Of a DNA stretch of 64,000 nt, positions 43,250 through 55,491 are shown in pieces. How positions within the stretch are numbered: position 1 is the first letter of the stretch; the number at the start of each line of letters is the position of its first letter. The stretch is from contig OZ218952.1 in assembly GCA_965112735.1 (NCBI GenBank), forward strand, positions 2,232,001 to 2,296,000, in the 5' to 3' direction. A model generated the notes under the pieces. The model worked only from the letters and a program-made list of their open reading frames with translations, did no database searches and was not told the DNA's origin. The position numbers were made by a program, and so were the translations under genes. Source of the DNA: Phaeosaccion multiseriatum. Its lineage: Eukaryota; Protista; Ochrophyta, other classes.

Positions 43250-46200
43250 ATGGCGGATATGGACGCGGGAAAGCTGGTGGACTTCATCGACTTTCTCAAT
43301 GAAGCGTGCACCGGGTACCATGCAGTGGAGGCAGCTCGACAGCGGCTGTTGAAGGCTGGCTTCAAGGAGCTGCAGGAGGAGGAGCCTTTCAGCGGGGCGG
43401 TCAAGGTTAGTTGCCTTTGGTCTGCGGTCGACGCTGTGCTGCGTCTTTGAGGGAAGAATGATGCTGCTTTCGCTCGGGGAACGCATGCCTGTCGCTAGAT
43501 CGGCTCGCATGTTCTCGGTATTCGCTCTCTCTTGGCCACACTCTTTTTTTCGCCTTCTTCTGACTCTTAGCCCCTCTCTGAGCCCTGGTCCCTATCGTCC
43601 CGTCCCTGCATCCTCTGTTTCTTTTCTTCCCTCCCTGGTGGACCCACGTGACTGCACTTGCTCTGCCATCCTGGCCGACCTGCTCGCTCTGTCCCCATAT
43701 TTCCCGCTTTACCCTCGACGACGCATGCTCCTGTCCAGGCTGAAGGAAAGTACTTCTATACCCGGAACATGACGGCACTCATCGCTTTTACCGTTGGGGG
43801 GGGGTACAAGAAAGGGAACGGCTTCGTGATTACAGGGGCGCACACTGACAGGTAGACGTAGGACGGCCTTGACTCAATCAAGATGAATCGACCACCTCTT
43901 ACTGTCTTCTCGTCACCCTCCACCCCTGCCTCCAACCCCTCCTCCTCCTGCTCCGCTCCTCCGGCGCAAAGCCCCTGCCCTAAGCTGAAGCCCGTGTCCA
44001 AGAGCGGAAAGGGTGGTTTTGTTCAGGTGGCCACACAGCCGTACGGAGGGGGCTTGTGGCACACTTGGTTCGACAGAGACCTCACAGTGGCGGGGAGGGC
44101 AATCGTCAAGAGGGAGGGCGGCTTCAGGTGGGTCGCAATGGCTATGGCTATCCAATTCTCCAACTCTCCTCTCTCCCACTTCCTTCTCCCCCAGCGACCC
44201 CCCCCCCTCTCTCTCTTGCCTTTTGTTTTCGAGCGCGACGCGACAAACGATAGTGGGGGGTAGGGCTAGTCGTCTAGATAGAGAGGGAGATGGTCTGGGT
44301 TTTTATCTTTGCAGTGGCCTTGATACTACATATATGAATATGTCCGACGCCATGAAACATATGCACTCATCCCCTTCTTTCCGCGTACAACTGACTCCGA
44401 ACGACTTGACTCCCTCCCTCCCTCCCTCCCTCCCTCCCTCCCTCCCCACTCCCCTCCCCCGGCTCGCCCTGCTCTACCCCCCAGCCAAGAGCTGGTGCGG
44501 GTGGACCGCCCCATCCTGCGCATCTCCACACTGGCCATCCATCTCACCTCTGCTGAGGAGCGGAAGGCCTTCGCCCCCAACCTGCACAGCAACTGCTACC
44601 CCGTGCTAGCCACTGAGGCCAAGGCACTGCTCGACAAGCCCGTCCCCGCAGCAGGGGCAGGGGCAGGGGCGCAGGCCGGAAGTGGGGAGGACGAGAAGAA
44701 GGTATAGGGTAGGATAGGTTGGATGGATGGATGGATGGATGGATGGATGGATGGATGAATGGATGGATGGATGGATGGATGGATGGATGAATGGATGGAT
44801 AGATGGATGGATGGATGGATGGATGGATGGATGGAGGGATAGATGGATGGATGGATAGATGGGTGGATGGATGGATAGATGGATGGATGGCTGGAAAGAT
44901 GGATGGATGGATGGATGGATGGCTGGATGGATGGATAGATGGGTGGATGGGTGGATGGATGGATGGATAGATGGGTGGATGGATGGATGAATGGATGGAT
45001 GGATGGATAGATGGATGGATGGATAGATGGATGGATGGATGGATGGATGGATGGATAAATGGGTGGATGGATGGATGGATGGATGGATGGATGGATGGAT
45101 GGATGGATGGATGGATGGATGGATGGATGGGATGGATGGATGGATGGATGAATGAATGGATGGATGGATGGATGGATGGATCCATGGATCGATGGATGGA
45201 TGGATGGATGGATGGATGGAAAGATGGATGGATGGATAGATAGATGGATGGATAGATAGATGGGTCGGGCATGAAGTTCTGACCGCCTTTGCCTTGACAG
45301 GCCCTTGTCTTTGCCCTCCTCCGACCGTCTTGATGAAGAGATGTTACCCATGACTGCGCCCCCTCCCCTTTTCCGCCCACCCTCCTTCCTGCCTCCTTGC
45401 CTCTCCTCTCCCCTCCTCTCGCTGCCCCCTCCTCTCCTCTCCCCTCCCCCCTCGCCCCTCACCCAGGAGAAGCATCACGCCCTTCTACTAAAGGTGCTCA
45501 GCGACGAGCTGTCCTGCGCCCCCGAGGACATTCAGGACTTCGAGCTGCAGGTACGGGGATGGCACTGGATGGGTAGGGCACGGCAAGACGGGGATGGCAA
45601 TGGATCGCGGTGGCTCCCGAACCCCTCTGACCTGTGGTACTATTGCTGCCCTCTGCTGTACATAGCTCTGCGACACGCAGCCGAGTGCCATTGGAGGAGC
45701 CTGCTCGGAGTTCGTGATGAGTGGCCGACTCGACAACCTCTGCAGCTCCTGGCAGGCCACCACTGCCCTCATCGACTCATGCGACTCCCTGGCTGAAGGT
45801 CAGTTGGCTTGGACTTGCTTGAGTGCTGATTCGTTGGGTTGGGTAGTTGGGCTCAGGTTGGATTGGGTTGGATTGCGTTGGGTAGGAAGGATTGGGCCAA
45901 CGCAACTATTGGTTACAGGTTGGAACGGTCTGTTCGTCTGTTCCTCTTGCATCAAATCCAGCCATTCCATTTTTCTTCTTCCCATTCCCGTGTTCCTTTT
46001 GCCACGCCTTTCTTCCTCCGCTTCGTCGCTCTCCCACCCTGCTCTTCTGCTCCTCAACCCCTCCTGCAGTCATACCCCTTGGAGTGTAATCTGTTGCTCT
46101 CTGATTATTCCTGGTTCTCCCCTTCCCCTTTCGCCGCACCCACACCCACACCCACACCCACACCCGTGCCCGCCTTCGCGCCCACCCCCCTTGCTTTCCA

Positions 46201-47968
46201 CTCCACCTTCCGATCTTCTCGATGCCCCCCCCTCCCTTCCCTTCCTGCACCTGCAATATCCCCCGGACTCCCCGAATGAATGTCATGCTTTATACAGAGC
46301 CCAACGTCCGAATGGTGGCCCTGTTTGACCACGAAGAGGTGGGATCGACATCTGCGCACGGAGCAGGCAGCTCTCTCATCCCGGAGGCTCTGCGAAGAAT
46401 CGCTAAGGCCCTGGTGCTGGAGAGCGAGGCAGGGGTGGATGAGGACAGCACAGCTGCTGTCATGAGGAACTCCTTCCTCATCTCGGCAGGTGTGTTCATA
46501 CGTGGAACGGGAAGGATTTGACGCCAGACGAGGGAGAAAAGAAAGGGAAGGGGTGGAAGGACGGAGGGAGGGAGGGGGGGGTGTTCCGTCCTCTTTATTT
46601 AAACATGTGCGTGTGCACTGCTGTGAAGGGCCCGGTGCTGCATGTGTTGACTTCGCCGGGGGGAGTGGGGGTCCTTCACATGGGGAACGGAACCCTTCTT
46701 TCTTCTTTCCTTCTGCTCCCCGCGGTTAGATCCCGAGTAGCATCATCATCATCATCATCATCTCATCATCATAATAATCATTCATCCATTCCATCGCCTT
46801 CGGTCGATGCTTACGGCATTGCGCAAGAAGCCACCGCTGAGGCCAAGCTCCCATGACCATGGGCACACCCTGCCCCTCATCCCTGTGCCTACCCCAACGC
46901 GCTTCTTTCAGCTTGGCGCGATATACAGCCTCTGTTCACTTCGCCACTAAGGAGCGTTACTGCTATCCCTCCCTCTCTCTTCTCTTCATTCCTTCCTTCC
47001 TTCCTTCCTTTCTTCCTTCCTTCCTTCCTTCCTTCCCTCCTTCGTACCTTCCCTCCCTCCCCTCCCTCCCCCCTTTTAGACATGGCCCACGCCGCGCACC
47101 CCAACTACTTGGACAAGCACGACCCTGCCCTGAGCCCCAAGATGCATGCGGGCATGGTCATCAAGCATAACGCCAACCAGCGCTACGCGACCAACTCCGT
47201 CACTGCCTTCCTCTTCAGGGAGTGCGGCGCCAGGGCGGGCCTTCCATCGCAGGTATCGTAGCACTGGAGGGTGCAGTAAGAACTACAAGGATGTCTCCAC
47301 ATGGATGTCCTGATTACCACCTGTCTATTGCCTGACACAAAGTCCAGTGGGTCGGGGGGGCCAACTGAAGCTGGGGTGTGAACTTTTTGTTTTTTTGGGC
47401 TCGGGTCGGAGTGCGGGTTCGCGCTGTAGTCTCTAGACGAACGATCATCTTCGCCATTTTTTCTCGGGGCTTTTATATCAAACAGCGTCCCCTCTCTCTC
47501 GTGGGACAAGCCACTCACCCACTTCTCGAGCTTGTTCTGCCTGCCACGCGGTGGTGGTTGAGAGGAGGGGAAGAGAAGCCCCTCTTCTCACATCCATTTT
47601 ATGGACTACGCGCCCGTTCCCATCTCACTCTGGCTATATATCTACGTCTTTTTGCATGTTGTCGTATCTCCCTTTTGGTCCCCCCATCCCTCCCTCCACC
47701 CCCCCCCCCCTTCCCCCACGCGCACCCACATACGCACAAGCAGGAGTTCGCAGTTCGCTCGGACATGGGCTGCGGCAGCACCATCGGGCCCATGCTGTCC
47801 TGTCTGTCGGGCATCCGCACCGTGGACGTGGGGTCCCCGCAGCTGTCCATGCACAGCATCAGGGAGGTGATGGCTACGGACGATGCCATTTACGGCTACA
47901 AGCACATCAAGGCCTGCTTCGAGCACTTCGCTCAGCTGGATGCAGAGCTTAGCAAGGGCAAGTTGTAA
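43250..47968 (+). CDS. DNPEP: Aspartyl aminopeptidase (peptidase M18)
   Basis: [20 protein letters not shown]|[90 protein letters not shown]. Confidence 0.95.
44717..45262. repeat. ~550-bp (GGAT)n microsatellite in a DNPEP intron
   Basis: Directly visible. Confidence 0.95.
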
Positions 47969-48111
47969 TACGCAAGTGGCTTTTGCCTGTGAGAAGCCCC
48001 TCCCTCCCTCCCTCCGTCCGTCCTCTACCGTCGAGTGCCTTACTGAGCGCAACCAGCCTGACTTGATGCGGCTTTGACGTGGAAGGAATAAAATATTCAG
48101 GAATAAAACCT

Positions 48112-48219
48112 TGTGGCTAAATAATGTTTCGTTGTATTCATGTGTACAAATAGGCTGTGTACAAACCACGGGGATGTGGCTAAAAAATGTTTCGTCGTAT
48201 TCATGTGTACAAACAGGCT
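48112..48219. repeat. 45-bp direct repeat pair (48112-48156 and 48175-48219, 3 mismatches) in an AT-rich island
   Basis: TGTGGCTAAA(T/A)AATGTTTCGT(T/C)GTATTCATGTGTACAAA(T/C)AGGCT occurs twice. Confidence 0.9.
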
Positions 48220-48464
48220 CCTCAGTAAGTATCGTCACACTTAACTTTTCCCCCTCCCGTGTGAATGGCTTGGCTAATATAGCTAGCCACACGCAAAAAG
48301 TTTTTAATCATTTACACCTGTCCCCCCCATGGACTTGACGTGGGGGCTATTTGGTGCCGCTAGTCTGAGAGATGAGGAGGGGTGAGTAGCCACAGCAGCA
48401 GCCTGAGGCATTCATTGTGTTACCCCCTAACCCCCACTAATGCATGTAGAATGCGTGCAAGCCA

Positions 48465-48902
48465 TCACAAGCCGTCTCTCTTTTCATCTACAGGCCCTGT
48501 TCCAGGAGCGCGATGAAACTCCACCACGAACTCCAAGTCGTCCGTCAATGGCTTGACTTGATGCAGCTGCTGCGGCACTATGATGCCTGGTGGCGCATCC
48601 GGACTGAGCTCGTATTTCCGCAATGTGGGCTCGTTGATTTGGTATTCCAAGCGCCCTTGAAAGACACGAATAACGCCCCACGTGCCCGCTTTGGTGGAAT
48701 GCTGCTTGAGTAAGCCCTTGGGTACTGTGGTGGCCGTAAAGCGCTTGTTCTTGGGCAATTGGGAGTACTGCACGACGTCTTGAGGGAGCTTGGGCATGGT
48801 CGTAAATGCCAAGAACGCACGACGCCGGACTGCAGCAACCGCGCACAGCATGGTCCCTATCAGCAGAAGGACGGATGTCGCTGCGGTGGTCTTGTTCATC
48901 AT
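48465..48902 (-). CDS. TehB/YeaR-like cupin-fold (DUF1971) protein with N-terminal hydrophobic leader, intronless
   Basis: FTATTVPKGLLKQHSTKAGTWGVIRVFQGRLEY...IIVPQQLHQVKPLTDDLEFVVEFH matches the YeaR/TehB N-terminal pattern (HxTKxGxW, PxxxHxV, F.VEF). The ORF is open upstream to 49139. Confidence 0.8.
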   Translation of the reverse strand: MMNKTTAATSVLLLIGTMLCAVAAVRRRAFLAFTTMPKLPQDVVQYSQLPKNKRFTATTVPKGLLKQHSTKAGTWGVIRVFQGRLEYQINEPTLRKYELSPDAPPGIIVPQQLHQVKPLTDDLEFVVEFHRAPGTGPVDEKRDGL

Positions 48903-49491
48903 CTCGTTCTCCTTTGGTTTAGCAGCAGACTTCTCGTGGAAAGATTCAACCCCAACGAGGATAGACGAGCATTTGTGGACAAATCGCTCGAGCCTCTTCG
49001 CGGTTCCTTGCCATAAGCTTATGGAGATAGTACTCCAGACAGTCTTTCGAATGAATAAAAGCGAAGGGAGAAGAAGGCAATATGGAGCCTCCTCGATATC
49101 CCGGGTTCTGTGAGTGTTTCCGTACCACCAGTTCGCCACTGGTCACCAAAGGAGCGAGACAAGATTAATGAAATACAACGAGCAAGCGAGGAAGAGTGCT
49201 TGTTAGCTAACTCCTCTTACAAGGTTTTTGTGGGGGCGGGATTCTCCATCTTGTGCACGCCTTCCTCACCCCCAAACGGCGAGAGCCTCTGCGAACTGAG
49301 GCCCACCTTCCGACCATAGTGGTACTGAGCAACAGCAGCAGAAGTTGGGGCGCAGCGCCCCGCGCAGGAGCGGGAAAGGCAAGCGGTCCGGGGGAATTGC
49401 GAATAGAATACCAGCCGCAGCAGGGGCAGGGGCGACAGAGGGTAGCAGGAGCAGCAGAGGGCAGTTTGGGGCAGCAGGAGCAGAGCAGACG

Positions 49492-50757
49492 ATGGTGCGT
49501 AAGCGCTGCAAAGTAGAGATGTGCTCGGAACAGGCCATCGTCGGTGATGTTTGCATCTTACATCAAACTGGCGCCGTCGCGTGTGCCGTTGATGGATGTG
49601 GCAAGCCGGCCAGAGTCAAAGGGGTCTGCTTTATTCACGAAACCTCTAGCAGCAGTTGGGCGGTCGCGGCGGCGATGGCTCCTTTGAAAACAGAAGGAAT
49701 GGCGAGTACATCTGCTTCTACTGCTGGCGGATATGCAGCCTCAGCTGCTGCCCTAAATGCTAAGAAATCTCCGAACAGAAAGAAGGCGAAACCGGAAGGG
49801 AGCGCAGCACCGGCAGCAGCAGCAGGGGTATCGGCCCGCTCTGCCTCAGCCGCAGCCGGAGCAAAGGCAACCCCGGCCAAGCTGAAAGCCAAGAAGGAGG
49901 TGGCGTGTAAGAAGCCCAAGTGTAAGGAGGATGCCTTGGTCGGGGGACAATGCAGTGACCACCGCGCTCCTACGCGGTGCGGCTTGAAGAACTGCCGAAA
50001 GGTTGCCACGGTCATCAAGCCGGACGGAGTCGCGTTCTGCACGCAGCACAATGCCATCGCAGAGACGTGTAGCCTTCCTGACTGCACCAATCGCCAGCAG
50101 AAGCAGCAGAGAGATGGCTTGTGCGTTTCTCATGCGCGCGTGTCCAACTCTGCTGGTGGTGGTGGTGGGAGTAGCGGGAAGAAGCCTACACCATCTGCGC
50201 AACAGAAGAAGACGAAGCAAGTCAAGCCGTTGTGTAGTGTGGACGGGTGCATCAAGTACGCGCAGTCAGGGAAGATGGGAATGTGTTGCGCTCACGCTCG
50301 GGAGTACGGGGTTGGGGCGCAGACGGGAGCGGCCGCCGCAGCAGCACCACGAGCCGCACGAGCAGCAGCGTCAGCAGCATCCACAGCAGCATCATCGAGT
50401 GGGAAGGCAGAAGGGGGCTCTGCATCGAAGAAGAAGAGGGGTTTAGAGTCGGAGGAAGACGAGTGTTTGCCCCATCCAGCACCCGCGGCGGCGAGAAAGA
50501 GGGCCCGCAAGGCCCCGCCAAAGACCACAGCCAAGACCAAGGGCACGGGCAAAGGCAAGGCCCAAGCGCAGCCCGCAGCCAAGAAGTGGAGGAGCAGAGA
50601 GGCAGTGGCGGAGAGGAAGCGGAAGAAGCAGCGAGGAGGAACAGGAGGAGGAGGAGGAGGAGGAGGAGGAGGAGGGGGGGCAGCCGCCGACACAGGCCAG
50701 GAGGGAGAGAAGCTCGGGCCACTGCAGCGGCTGGGACGCTGGCTAAACATTTGGTGA
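49492..50757 (+). CDS. Second WRKY19-like zinc-finger repeat protein with basic tail, intronless
   Basis: Six divergent C-x4-C-x9..14-C-x2-H units (e.g. CAVDGCGKPARVKGVCFIH, CSVDGCIKYAQSGKMGMCCAH) and K/R-rich NLS-like stretches. Confidence 0.75.
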   Translation: MVRKRCKVEMCSEQAIVGDVCILHQTGAVACAVDGCGKPARVKGVCFIHETSSSSWAVAAAMAPLKTEGMASTSASTAGGYAASAAALNAKKSPNRKKAKPEGSAAPAAAAGVSARSASAAAGAKATPAKLKAKKEVACKKPKCKEDALVGGQCSDHRAPTRCGLKNCRKVATVIKPDGVAFCTQHNAIAETCSLPDCTNRQQKQQRDGLCVSHARVSNSAGGGGGSSGKKPTPSAQQKKTKQVKPLCSVDGCIKYAQSGKMGMCCAHAREYGVGAQTGAAAAAAPRAARAAASAASTAASSSGKAEGGSASKKKRGLESEEDECLPHPAPAAARKRARKAPPKTTAKTKGTGKGKAQAQPAAKKWRSREAVAERKRKKQRGGTGGGGGGGGGGGGAAADTGQEGEKLGPLQRLGRWLNIW

Positions 50758-51147
50758 TTTGGAGAGAATGGAAAGCAAAGCGAGTGGAGTGCGGCAGACT
50801 AGGAGTGGGGGGGGAGAGAGATAGAAGGACGAGAAGATGGTGTGCTGGAGGACACACAAGGGGGGATGCGTATGTTGTGATTGCAGAATTAGAATTGAAA
50901 CTTAAACTTGGCTGACGGGTGGGTCTCCTCTGGGGTGGGGGGGGGAGTAGTAGTATGTATGTGTGTGTGTGAATGTATGTTAGGGGGAGAAGGGAATCTC
51001 AAGTGCACTGGAAGGGGGATTCAAAAGAATGAAGTGGACGCGGACCAAGGGGGGGGGGGATGTTTTTTTCTCCTCCCCTTCCCGAGCACCCTGAGCTAGT
51101 TAATGAATTCAAGAGTGGATGGAAGCAATGATGGTGTCAAGCAATTG

Positions 51148-51165
51148 CTTTAATTAAAATTAATT
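51148..51165. promoter_or_regulatory. AT-rich 18-mer CTTTAATTAAAATTAATT, candidate 3'-end signal (copy 2)
   Basis: Identical copy at 36509-36526. Confidence 0.35.
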
Positions 51166-52184
51166 GTAATCAAGAAATACGAATATCGAAAAAGGGAGGG
51201 CCGAACGGAACACCAATTATTGGGAGTGTGTGTGGCTGTGTGTGGGTAGATGGACGTGTGTCTCGAGCATCTTTCGTCAAGGCAGAGATCGCACTCCGTT
51301 CCCCGGCCCTCAATCCCCCGTACAGAGCAAGACATGATGGGCAAGATGCTCTGGGGCCTGCTGGGGGGAGGGAGGAGCTCACTTTCAGTTTCGGGATATT
51401 GGACCGACCTCTGGCCAATGGCTGGGGCTGGGGCACGTGGCCCGAAAAGGGGCGGCCCAAACATTGGTTTATGGCGCCGTTGTCCATCTGCCCTCCCCCC
51501 GACGGGTCAGATCGCAAAGCTGGCGACTGAGGACGAGAGACTATTTGGAAGGGAAGGGCTGAGAATGGACAAACCCTCAGGCAGGGGGGAAGGCACGGCA
51601 GAGCTTATACGGGCCGTGTACAGCAGCAGCGAGGTCCTGGTGTGTAGGGGTGTACGAGAGCCTAGGAGAGGGGGAGCGTAGAGAGCGGATTCGCTCTGCA
51701 CTGCCATGAAGAAGTGTAGGTGGTGGCTGTGGAGGACGAGCGAGCCATCCAGCAAACAGAAAAAAATGTAAATCTCAAATCTCGTCCCCCAAATCAAATG
51801 CGTTCTGCACTTGCGCATTCTTCGCGCCTGGCGTGTCTGCCAGTCGCGATTAATCGCTTTGACTCCTCCTACCTCCCCCACCCTTCCGCCTCCCCCCCCC
51901 CGCCAACCCGTAAGGAGGGTAGCCAACGTGCCTTCTCGCTGTGCCTTCTCAGCCCCCCCGCCCCCTCAGATTTCCTTGCTGTTGCCCCGCGCGGACATGC
52001 TCCTGCTCCTGCTCGTCCTCCTCCCCCTCCTCCTCCTCCTCCTCCTCCTCCTCCTCCTCCTCCTCCTGCTCCTCCTCCTCCTCCTCCTCCTCCACCACCA
52101 CCTCCTCCTCCTCCTCCTCCTGCTGCTGCTGCTCCTGCTGCTGCTGCTGCACCTTCTGACAGGACAGGACACCTCCCCTCCTCT

Positions 52185-55100
52185 CTACTCCTCCTGTTCC
52201 CCCTTCATTTTATGGCGGAGGAAGGCCTCAACGAAGAGGTCGATGTCACCGTCCAGCACATCCTGCACTCGGGTGGTTTCCGCCTCCATCCTCACGTCTT
52301 TGATTGACTTGTACGGATGCAGCACGTAGTTGCGGATCTGCTGACCCCACGACGCCTGTGTTCACGTTGCGCAGCAAAGCGGAAAGGGGGGAGGGTAGTT
52401 AGGCCGAGCAGCGCCGCACGCATCCACGCACGCAGGCAACACACGCAGGGTAAGCTAACCGCAGTGTGTGAGACAAGAGACCGAGACAGGAGGCAGAGGT
52501 GGAGACAGAGAGAGACCGGTCGATGGAGGCGGAGATGGGACGCAAAGTCACGGCTCCGTCATGAGGGGTTCCGGAGCCGTGACAGTGTGAGAGAGAGTGA
52601 GGTGATCAAAGCCAGAGGTAAAGCAGAGGTAAAGCAGAATGAGTGTGCCCTCCCTCCTTCCCTCCCTCGCTCCCTCCCTCCCTCCCTCCCTCCCTCCCTC
52701 CCTCCCTCCCTCACCTCGACCATGTCCCCTCTGATCTCAGCGATGTCCTTGGCCTGTTGCTCCTGCATTACCACAAGGAGCCGTTCCTTCACCATGTTCA
52801 GGGCCAGGGCCTTGTTCAGGAGCTGGCTCCTCTGCTGCGTGCATCGCACAGAAATGCCTTCAGTGGAAGAGGGAGGGAGGGAGGAGGAGGAGGAGGAGGA
52901 GGAGGAGGAGGAGGAGGATGGAGGAGGAGGAGATGAACACGCAGGCGGCAAAAGGAGGGTACCACACAACAACACACAAGCAGGGGGGTGAGGTCGAGGG
53001 GTGAAAGAAGCCCTACAAGAGAAAGGTCAAGCGGGACTCGACAGGAAGGGCGATGCGACACAAAGTCGGCACGCACAACGCGAAAGGAGGGGACAGTAGA
53101 TTGCGACAGATGTACGTAAGCCAATGAACGCAAGTCAATGATCCAAGCCCATATACCTGGACCTATATAGTACCTACCCGTGGGTATGTGCGTCATGCGC
53201 ACGCCAGTCTCCACCTTGTTGACGTTCTGTCCGCCGGACCCGCCAGACCGCATCGTCGATATCTCGAGGTCAGAGTCGGGAATATCGACATCGCTGGTTC
53301 ATGGAGAGGAGGGAAGGAGGGAGGGAGGGAGGGAGGGAGGGAGCACACCGAGGGGAGTCGCGGCAAGATGGCCCCCAGCCCAGGTATATGTATGTACACA
53401 CAATACACACACACATGCACGGCGGTAAGGAGAGAAGGAGTGGTGAGTGCTCTGATGTCGGACCGTAGGACAGAACGGTTTGGGGAATCTTCTCCTCCTT
53501 GCGCCATCGTTCATTCCGCAAAGAAGGGCCACGCAGGGTAAGCTGGGCAAGCGGTAGGAAGCGAAGCCCCTCCCTCCCTCGCTCCCTCTGCTACCCGCTC
53601 GTTTGGTAGGTGCCGGGTCCGATCCAATTCACGTCCAAGTTCACATTCAATTCCACGATGTAAATTCGTCTACTGTATATGTCAATTTGTTCTCACCCCA
53701 CCCACCTTAACTCCTGCTCGTCCAAGATGGGGAAGGTCTCCACACCTGCGAAGCTCGTCTGCCGCTTGCTCATCGAGTTGAAGGGGCTGATTCGGACCAG
53801 CCTGTGCGTGCCCTTCTCCCCCGAGAGCAGCCCAAAGGCAAAGTCTCCGGTGATCTCCATAGCGCAGCTCTTGATGCCCGCCTCCTGCCCCTTCTCCTCC
53901 TCGATGAGCTTGCACTTCAGGCCCTTTCTCTGGCAGTACCTGTCCAGCCGGAGGGCGGAGGTACGGGGGGGGGAGAAGGCGTGAGGGGGTGGGTTGGGCG
54001 GGGGGAGTGGCACATAACGAAAGCGCCGGGGCAAGGGCGACATGGTTCTTGCATATCCAACATGGAGACCAGTCTGTATGTCTGCCTGTCTGTCCAGCCT
54101 CCCTCCGTCCCTCCCTCCCTCCCCTTCCCCTCTTCCTCCCACGCCCTCTCCTTACCTCTTGTACATGCGCTGCAGCATCTCTGCCCAGTCCTGCGCATCC
54201 GTGCCCCCTGCCCCCCCCGTGATGGTCATTCGGCAGCCGCTGTTATCATAGGCGCCACCCAGGAGCTTCTCCAGCTCCCAAGCATCGAGATCGGCAGAGA
54301 GATGCTCCAGCGCCTCTGTGGCCTCTGTGTAGCGGGGTATGGGGTAGGGTGGGGTGATTGGTTGGGGCCTTGGGCAGACAGGCACAGAGAGAGAGAGACT
54401 AGCAAAGACAGACTTAGCTTACCCTCGACCATCATTTGCTCTTCTTCTGCCTCCAAGCCTCCGTCCTCCGCCAGCAGCTCCAGCACTGTAGTGGCGTCGC
54501 TTCTCCACCGCTCCCACTGCACGAGGCGATCCACCTGCCTCTTGACTACATTGAGCTGGTCAAGGACCGTCTTGGCAGCCGCTGGGTCATCCCAGAACGT
54601 GGGCTCGCCCGACACGCCCTCCAAATACTCGAGCTCCGCCCGTAGCTTGACGTCATCGAGCACACCTGCATTCTTCTCCAGTTTTGCCTCCGTCGTCTCC
54701 AGCATACTTCGCACACTCAGGGCGGTGGTGGGCAAGGCGAGCTGCTGCTGCTGCTGCTCCTTCGCGGAAGCCATGAGAGAAGTACGCCCATGATTGGTCT
54801 CTGCTTCCCCTTGACAACAACCCCAGCCCCTCCGTCGCCGACCTGGTGCAAGAGTGAATCGACTTATGCTGCTCCTCCTGCTGTTGGTTTGGCTCCTTTG
54901 CGTGCCACTCATGGCGTGAGACAAGGTTGACTCCATCAGAGTGCTCATCGGTGCAAAGCCCTGACTGACCGTGGAGCATACGCCAAGCAGTGCAATCGCT
55001 ATTGCCGTACTCTTCCCTGTAGTACACCCTACATGCCCTTCGAGAGGCCTTCGTCCACCAAAGCGCTCTGCCCTCGCTGTTGGTGCTGCCGCTGCTGCTG

Positions 55101-55185
55101 CTCCGGCGGCGTGGACTGATGCGCCTGAGGTTCCAGGGGTGCGGCAAGCTTGGGCAGATTCTCTCCTTCTTCGCTTCGTCAACAT
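52185..55185 (-). CDS. prfB: Organellar (probably plastid) peptide chain release factor 2
   Basis: [41 protein letters not shown] (SPF anticodon of RF2), [33 protein letters not shown] (GGQ), [18 protein letters not shown]. Stop at 52185-52187. Start is 55185 or 55299. Confidence 0.93.
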
Positions 55186-55491
55186 GTTTAACACAGCAGC
55201 TAAGGCGAATCCCGAAGTGAAGGGGGAGTGCAGGATGCCGATCTGTGAGTCCCTGGAGGTCCAACACGTCAACAAGAATGTTACCGGCTCGTCGATCATC
55301 CGCGCCAGTCTGCAAAAACAAAACGTTTTGCTCTCTTCCCTCAGGGCAGGGGTTAGTTGGGCTTGATGCCTCGACCTCCAGTTGAGTGATGCGACCCTAC
55401 TCGAGGTTTGAAGGGCTCCATAGAGGCTTCTGAGTGCAACAACAAAAACGGAGGAAGGGCGAGAGAAAATTGAGACCCGTTCTCAATCAAG

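Noticed and set aside
44544-45462. ORFs encoding (HPSI)n or (MDGW)n
   Set aside because: They are translations of an intronic (GGAT)n microsatellite.
51170-51930. Short ORFs between the zinc-finger gene and prfB
   Set aside because: No recognisable motifs; consistent with 3' UTR or intergenic sequence.
54226-54760. Bacterial-style programmed +1 frameshift in prfB
   Set aside because: The N-terminal region reads through in one frame with no CTT-TGA site.
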